This document shows positions 16,343-20,000 of a stretch of DNA of 20,000 bases, one piece after another (position 1 is the stretch's first letter; the number at the start of each line of letters is the position of its first letter). Under the pieces are notes generated by a model. That model was given only the letters and a program-made list of their open reading frames with translations, ran no database searches and had not been told where the DNA came from. The position numbers and the translations under genes are program-made. The stretch comes from an uncultured virus (IMG/VR IMGVR_UViG_3300019874_000003) (taxonomy: Duplodnaviria > Heunggongvirae > Uroviricota > Caudoviricetes). The stretch lies in the IMG/VR virus record IMGVR_UViG_3300019874_000003; one strand, 5' to 3'.

Positions 16343-17131
16343 TTAGAACTCGCCGAGCGACAGGATGACTCCGGCGGCGGCCGGGGTGACGGTGACTGTC
16401 CCGCCGGCTCCGCGAGGGCGCGTGAGGAACCGGAACGCGACCGCTGTGATGCTCTCGCTGTCGAGGCTGAGTCCGTGGAAGTACACCGACACGTTGGTCG
16501 CGTTGATCCAGACCGTCTCGCCCAGCTCGTTCGTGCCAGACCGGTACGCCCTGATGGAGCCGCCCTCTATCGTGACGCGCAGGCGCATGGGTCGATCGCC
16601 GCCTGCCTCGAGCTCATCGGTGCAGAGGCAGGCGGCATCGCTCTCGGACACCATCGAACGAGCGGTGTGCGGGGTGATGGCGAAGTTGAGCGCGAATGTT
16701 TGGAGGAGCGCGCCCGCGAACGGAGCCGGGGCAAAGGAGGCCACGGATGGCGTCCGCGGATCGCCGCCGAGGAACTTGTACGGCGCGGCCTTGATCTCGG
16801 CGAGCATCGCATCGCGGCCGGCCTGGTGGCCCACCTGACGGGCATCGTTCAGCACGGCGGCGAAGCGCGCGTCCTCGTGACCGGCGACCCCGCCGGCTGC
16901 GGCGCGCTCGATCGCGTGCAGCCGATCAAGCGTGGCGCGCAGCTCGGCGCGGTCGAGCTCGATCACGACTTCGAGCCGATCGGCGAGCTTGCCCATAAGG
17001 GTAAGGGCTTCTACGCCGTCCGGCCCCATGGCGAGCCGCGCGCTCTCGGGGGCCTTTCGCATGCTCTCGGAGAGCGCACGAGCGGCGAGGATCAAGCGTT
17101 CGTCATAGGGCAGTTGTGACCAGATGCTCAT
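16343..17131 (-). CDS. Hypothetical protein
   Basis: ATG at 17131 with AAGGAG RBS; 262 aa. Confidence 0.7.
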   Translation of the reverse strand: MSIWSQLPYDERLILAARALSESMRKAPESARLAMGPDGVEALTLMGKLADRLEVVIELDRAELRATLDRLHAIERAAAGGVAGHEDARFAAVLNDARQVGHQAGRDAMLAEIKAAPYKFLGGDPRTPSVASFAPAPFAGALLQTFALNFAITPHTARSMVSESDAACLCTDELEAGGDRPMRLRVTIEGGSIRAYRSGTNELGETVWINATNVSVYFHGLSLDSESITAVAFRFLTRPRGAGGTVTVTPAAAGVILSLGEF

Positions 17132-17166
17132 GTAACTCCTTGAAATCACGTAATTCTGTGTGGATA

Positions 17167-17194
17167 GTGGTACTAAATTAGTATTTAGTACCAC
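17167..17194. promoter_or_regulatory. Perfect palindromic operator-like site
   Basis: GTGGTACTAAAT-TAGT-ATTTAGTACCAC in an AT-rich island upstream of the ATG at 17131. Confidence 0.75.
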
Positions 17195-17229
17195 CGGAAG
17201 CTAGCGGAAAGAGACGGCGCGACGAGGAT

Positions 17230-17379
17230 TCACTTCTCACGGTGGCGATCCACCGCCACATCTCCGTAGCTGTCCGGGCAGGTATCGGCGTACTTGTCGT
17301 AAGCGGCGCCGCAGCGCTTGCACAGCTTTCCGTGCTTGGTGGAGACCCACCCACAGAGCGGGCAGTCCGCTTCGCTCAT
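17230..17379 (-). CDS. Small Zn-finger protein (49 aa)
   Basis: MSEADCPLCGWVSTKHGKLCKRCGAAYDK...; not in the ORF track. Confidence 0.55.
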   Translation of the reverse strand: MSEADCPLCGWVSTKHGKLCKRCGAAYDKYADTCPDSYGDVAVDRHREK

Positions 17380-17391
17380 TGGCGCAGTTAG

Positions 17392-17889
17392 TCATCGTGC
17401 GCGGCCTCTAGCTGCGCGCTTCCGGTCATCGGCATCAAGCCACCGTTGCAACATAGCCTTCGACGCGTTCAGGCGCCGGATGGTCGGCGTGTAGTCGAAG
17501 CACCCTGCCTGGCGCGCGACGTCATTCGCCGGACCCGGATGGACCTCGACGAGCGCGCCGCACCTCCGCGCGAGCTCGTGGAACTCGGCGTCGGAGCCAA
17601 TGCAATCGCCGTGGTGTGACGTGATCAGGATGTCGAACCCGCCTAACATCGCGAGGAGGAACGCGACTTCGCTGTGCTGGTTGTCCGTCATGCCGAACCT
17701 GGTTCCGGTGAACCCGATGTGCTTCCTCACCGCGCCTGGCGGATCGGTGTGGATGTTCCCCTTGGTGAACATGTGACCGCCACGCCCGCAGTCGACGTAC
17801 GGCTTGCCAGGGGAAGGATTCTGGCAGTCCCGCTCGGGCGCTCCGAATCGGTCCCCGCAGTTCAGGCAGAAGCTCAGTCGCTCGATCAC
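17392..17889 (-). CDS. Zn-ribbon + partial SLOG/YspA-like domain protein
   Basis: CLNC..C..C..H, then IGFTGTR.GMT..Q, HHGDCIGSDAEFH and VEVHP. Confidence 0.65.
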   Translation of the reverse strand: MIERLSFCLNCGDRFGAPERDCQNPSPGKPYVDCGRGGHMFTKGNIHTDPPGAVRKHIGFTGTRFGMTDNQHSEVAFLLAMLGGFDILITSHHGDCIGSDAEFHELARRCGALVEVHPGPANDVARQAGCFDYTPTIRRLNASKAMLQRWLDADDRKRAARGRAR

Positions 17890-18068
17890 TTTCGGCTCCG
17901 GTCGATGAGTTTCTGCCCCTCGCGGATCGTGATCTTCTTGGCCAGTTCGGCCTCTTCATCGTCGAGGTCATCCCATAGCCCAGTGTCACCATCAGGGTGA
18001 GACCTGAGGAGACATCCGAGGTAGTTCAGCGTCTGCGCTCGGACTTCTGCAATTCGCTTTCCAGTCAT
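17886..18068 (-). CDS. Hypothetical protein
   Basis: 60 aa from ATG 18068, overlapping both neighbours. Confidence 0.6.
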   Translation of the reverse strand: MTGKRIAEVRAQTLNYLGCLLRSHPDGDTGLWDDLDDEEAELAKKITIREGQKLIDRSRK

Positions 18069-18862
18069 GGCAACCTCCTGAACGTCACCGCCCACACGAA
18101 CGGGTTGGACCCCCACGAGGCGCGCTTGGCGTTGAGCGAATCCCACAACGTGGCGTAATGAGCTCGCGGGCACGGCGCGCTACTGATCGCGACCCCGGGC
18201 AACAGCGCGCCGACCCATGCGATCTTGCCGCCGCGGATCCGCAGCGACAGGCCGCCTTCGGCGACCGGCTCCGGATCGGTGCCGGTGCACCCCTCTGCCA
18301 GCGCGTCCTCCACGGTGATCGCCTTCAGCCGCTGCACGCGGACCTCGGTAACCTCGAGCTTGATGCGCGACGCCCAGCGCGGCATGAAGATGGACGGCCG
18401 CCATGGCGATCGGTCACCGCCGCTCGGCCGCTGGCTGCCGTCCGACCGAACGATGTCCTTGTCGGTGGCCCGGTAGAACGCGAAGTGCTTGCCGCCGCCC
18501 TCGTAGCTGTCTGGTCCACGCGGCCGACCGTCGCTGTGATACGCGCCCTCCATCGAGTCCTCGCTGGCGAGGCACCAGGTCTCGCGGACCCACAGGTGAT
18601 CGCCAACCTCTCCGTACGGGCACGGGATCGAGACCAGCCCGTGGTTGTGCTGTTCGTTGTGGCCACGCCCGAGCACCATGTAGCCGTTGTGGGCCGGGCC
18701 GTCGAAGAAGTATCCCCACTCCGACGGATCATCCTCGCTGCCTCGCGGTCCGATGTGGCTCAGCGGATGCCGCGTAGTCGCGATCCGCCTAGTCTGCGTC
18801 TTGGTGTCGTCGAGCAACGGTGGGATCATCGATCCGGAGAACAGGATCGGGCGCTCCTTCAC
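18065..18862 (-). CDS. ASCH/PUA-like phage protein
   Basis: MKERPILFS, KTQTRR, CPYG..GD.LWVRETW, WRPSIFMPRWASRI.LEVT.VRVQRL and NPFVW.VTF. Confidence 0.85.
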   Translation of the reverse strand: MKERPILFSGSMIPPLLDDTKTQTRRIATTRHPLSHIGPRGSEDDPSEWGYFFDGPAHNGYMVLGRGHNEQHNHGLVSIPCPYGEVGDHLWVRETWCLASEDSMEGAYHSDGRPRGPDSYEGGGKHFAFYRATDKDIVRSDGSQRPSGGDRSPWRPSIFMPRWASRIKLEVTEVRVQRLKAITVEDALAEGCTGTDPEPVAEGGLSLRIRGGKIAWVGALLPGVAISSAPCPRAHYATLWDSLNAKRASWGSNPFVWAVTFRRLP

Positions 18863-19170
18863 GCGTCACCGTCCCGCGGGCGGCGCGGGGGCAAGGGAGG
18901 CCACTGAATCTTGGCTTGAAGCTCGGCAATGAGGCGATCGCGCTCGGCGAGGTCGGCGATGAGGTCCGGAAGATCATCGGCCGTCCGCTGCGCGCAGAGA
19001 TTACACAGTGCGGTCGGCTCGAGGTCGGATGGGCAGTACATTGACGTGTGGCACGACATGCACTGCTGCTCGTGCGCGAGGCCCTCGTCGCTCCATCGCT
19101 GGATCTCGATGGCGAGCACCTGCAGTTCGGCCATCCGCTCGGGCTTCACGACCAGCTTGAGCGATCTCAC
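18859..19170 (-). CDS. Zn-finger hypothetical protein
   Basis: CMSC..CNLC; coupled start and stop codons. Confidence 0.65.
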   Translation of the reverse strand: MRSLKLVVKPERMAELQVLAIEIQRWSDEGLAHEQQCMSCHTSMYCPSDLEPTALCNLCAQRTADDLPDLIADLAERDRLIAELQAKIQWPPLPPRRPRDGDA

Positions 19171-19460
19171 GGCAAGTCCTTGAACGCCGCGTACGCGATG
19201 TGCAGGAGGTCAAGGGCGGTAGACACCGGGCAGTCCTCGCTGTGCGTGTCGCCGGCGCACTCGCCGCGCGCGGATGCTACCGTGTAGTCATCGGTCTCGG
19301 CGGATTCGTTATCGCACTCGGAGTCGATCCATGATGCGAGCGCCCTGACGACGACAAGAAGCGCGAACATGTCACCTCCGTCGACGGTCGCACGGGTGAC
19401 CCGGGCGATACGACTGCCCGGAATGACAAACAGTTCCTCCAATCGATCTAGCGCGCTCAT
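19167..19460 (-). CDS. Hypothetical protein
   Basis: GAGGAGG RBS; coupled codons; H...CP motif. Confidence 0.65.
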   Translation of the reverse strand: MSALDRLEELFVIPGSRIARVTRATVDGGDMFALLVVVRALASWIDSECDNESAETDDYTVASARGECAGDTHSEDCPVSTALDLLHIAYAAFKDLP

Positions 19461-19711
19461 GAATCCTCCTCGATTGTTAGCCGTCCCGGAAACTGGAGTT
19501 CCTTGAGGCGATGATCAAGAGCTGGTCCACTGAATTCCTGGAGACCGGTCGCTCCGGTGATCTTGAAATGGCGCGCGCGCACCTCATCGTCGGTTTCCAT
19601 ACGCGTTCGCTTGTTCGACGCTTTTTGCTTGTTCGGATAGACCCACACCAGTCGCCCGGTCGCCGGGTCTACGTGCTGGTACGCATCCCGAGGTGGATCC
19701 TGGTCGCTCAC
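19457..19711 (-). CDS. Hypothetical protein
   Basis: 84 aa; coupled codons. Confidence 0.6.
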   Translation of the reverse strand: MSDQDPPRDAYQHVDPATGRLVWVYPNKQKASNKRTRMETDDEVRARHFKITGATGLQEFSGPALDHRLKELQFPGRLTIEEDS

Positions 19712-20000
19712 GATCCCGCCTCGCTCGGGCAGTCGACGTGTGTGACCACCGCGCCATCGATCCCGCCAGGCCAGGAGTGAAAGAGCTCGCTCGGACGGAC
19801 CTCTGATCCACAGTCGTCGCAGCGCCCCTCGAACCCCGTAGCGACCTGGATAGCCGGCATGTCCACGTTGGTGTCGATGACCGTCCTGTCCGGCTCATAC
19901 TGGACAGGGGCAAGAACGGCCCCAGAAGACGCGTGGAACGCGTGGCGGCACGTGGTCGGCAGTCCCGGTGGGATCGCGGTGAAGCCGCACTGGATGGCCG
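19708..20000 (-). CDS. Partial hypothetical protein running in from the window edge
   Basis: Open frame ...GRCDDCGSEV..HVDCPSEAGS* whose stop overlaps the GTG at 19711. Confidence 0.55.
   Translation of the reverse strand, partial: AIQCGFTAIPPGLPTTCRHAFHASSGAVLAPVQYEPDRTVIDTNVDMPAIQVATGFEGRCDDCGSEVRPSELFHSWPGGIDGAVVTHVDCPSEAGS

Overview
High-GC, densely packed phage/prophage-like window. The left arm (+ strand, ~389-7126) is a replication and nucleotide-metabolism module of overlapping genes: a replication initiator carrying an internal origin (two perfect DnaA boxes plus iteron-like repeats), a phage DNA adenine methylase, an HNH/Zn-like nuclease, a GP88-like Fe-S protein and a nucleoside deoxyribosyltransferase-like protein. 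The middle (~7200-12300) holds membrane or virion-like genes, an ADP-ribosyltransferase-like gene, a protein with an embedded HicB domain and a trypsin-like protease. The main finding is a compact CRISPR locus with no cas1/cas2 in the window: six 36-bp repeats and five spacers (12340-12738), lying 40 bp downstream of a - strand ORF (12779-13717). The C-terminal ~250 aa of that ORF look like the RuvC/Zn-finger half of a Cas12m (type V-U1)-like effector, fused in frame to the N-terminus of an IS66 TnpA. The same IS66 end truncates a tyrosine integrase just before its catalytic Tyr. Further right are a lower-GC HTH/Xre-MbcA-like plus unknown-protein pair behind a perfect palindromic operator, and a - strand run of phage accessory genes. 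All family calls come from motif recognition by eye; no searches were run.
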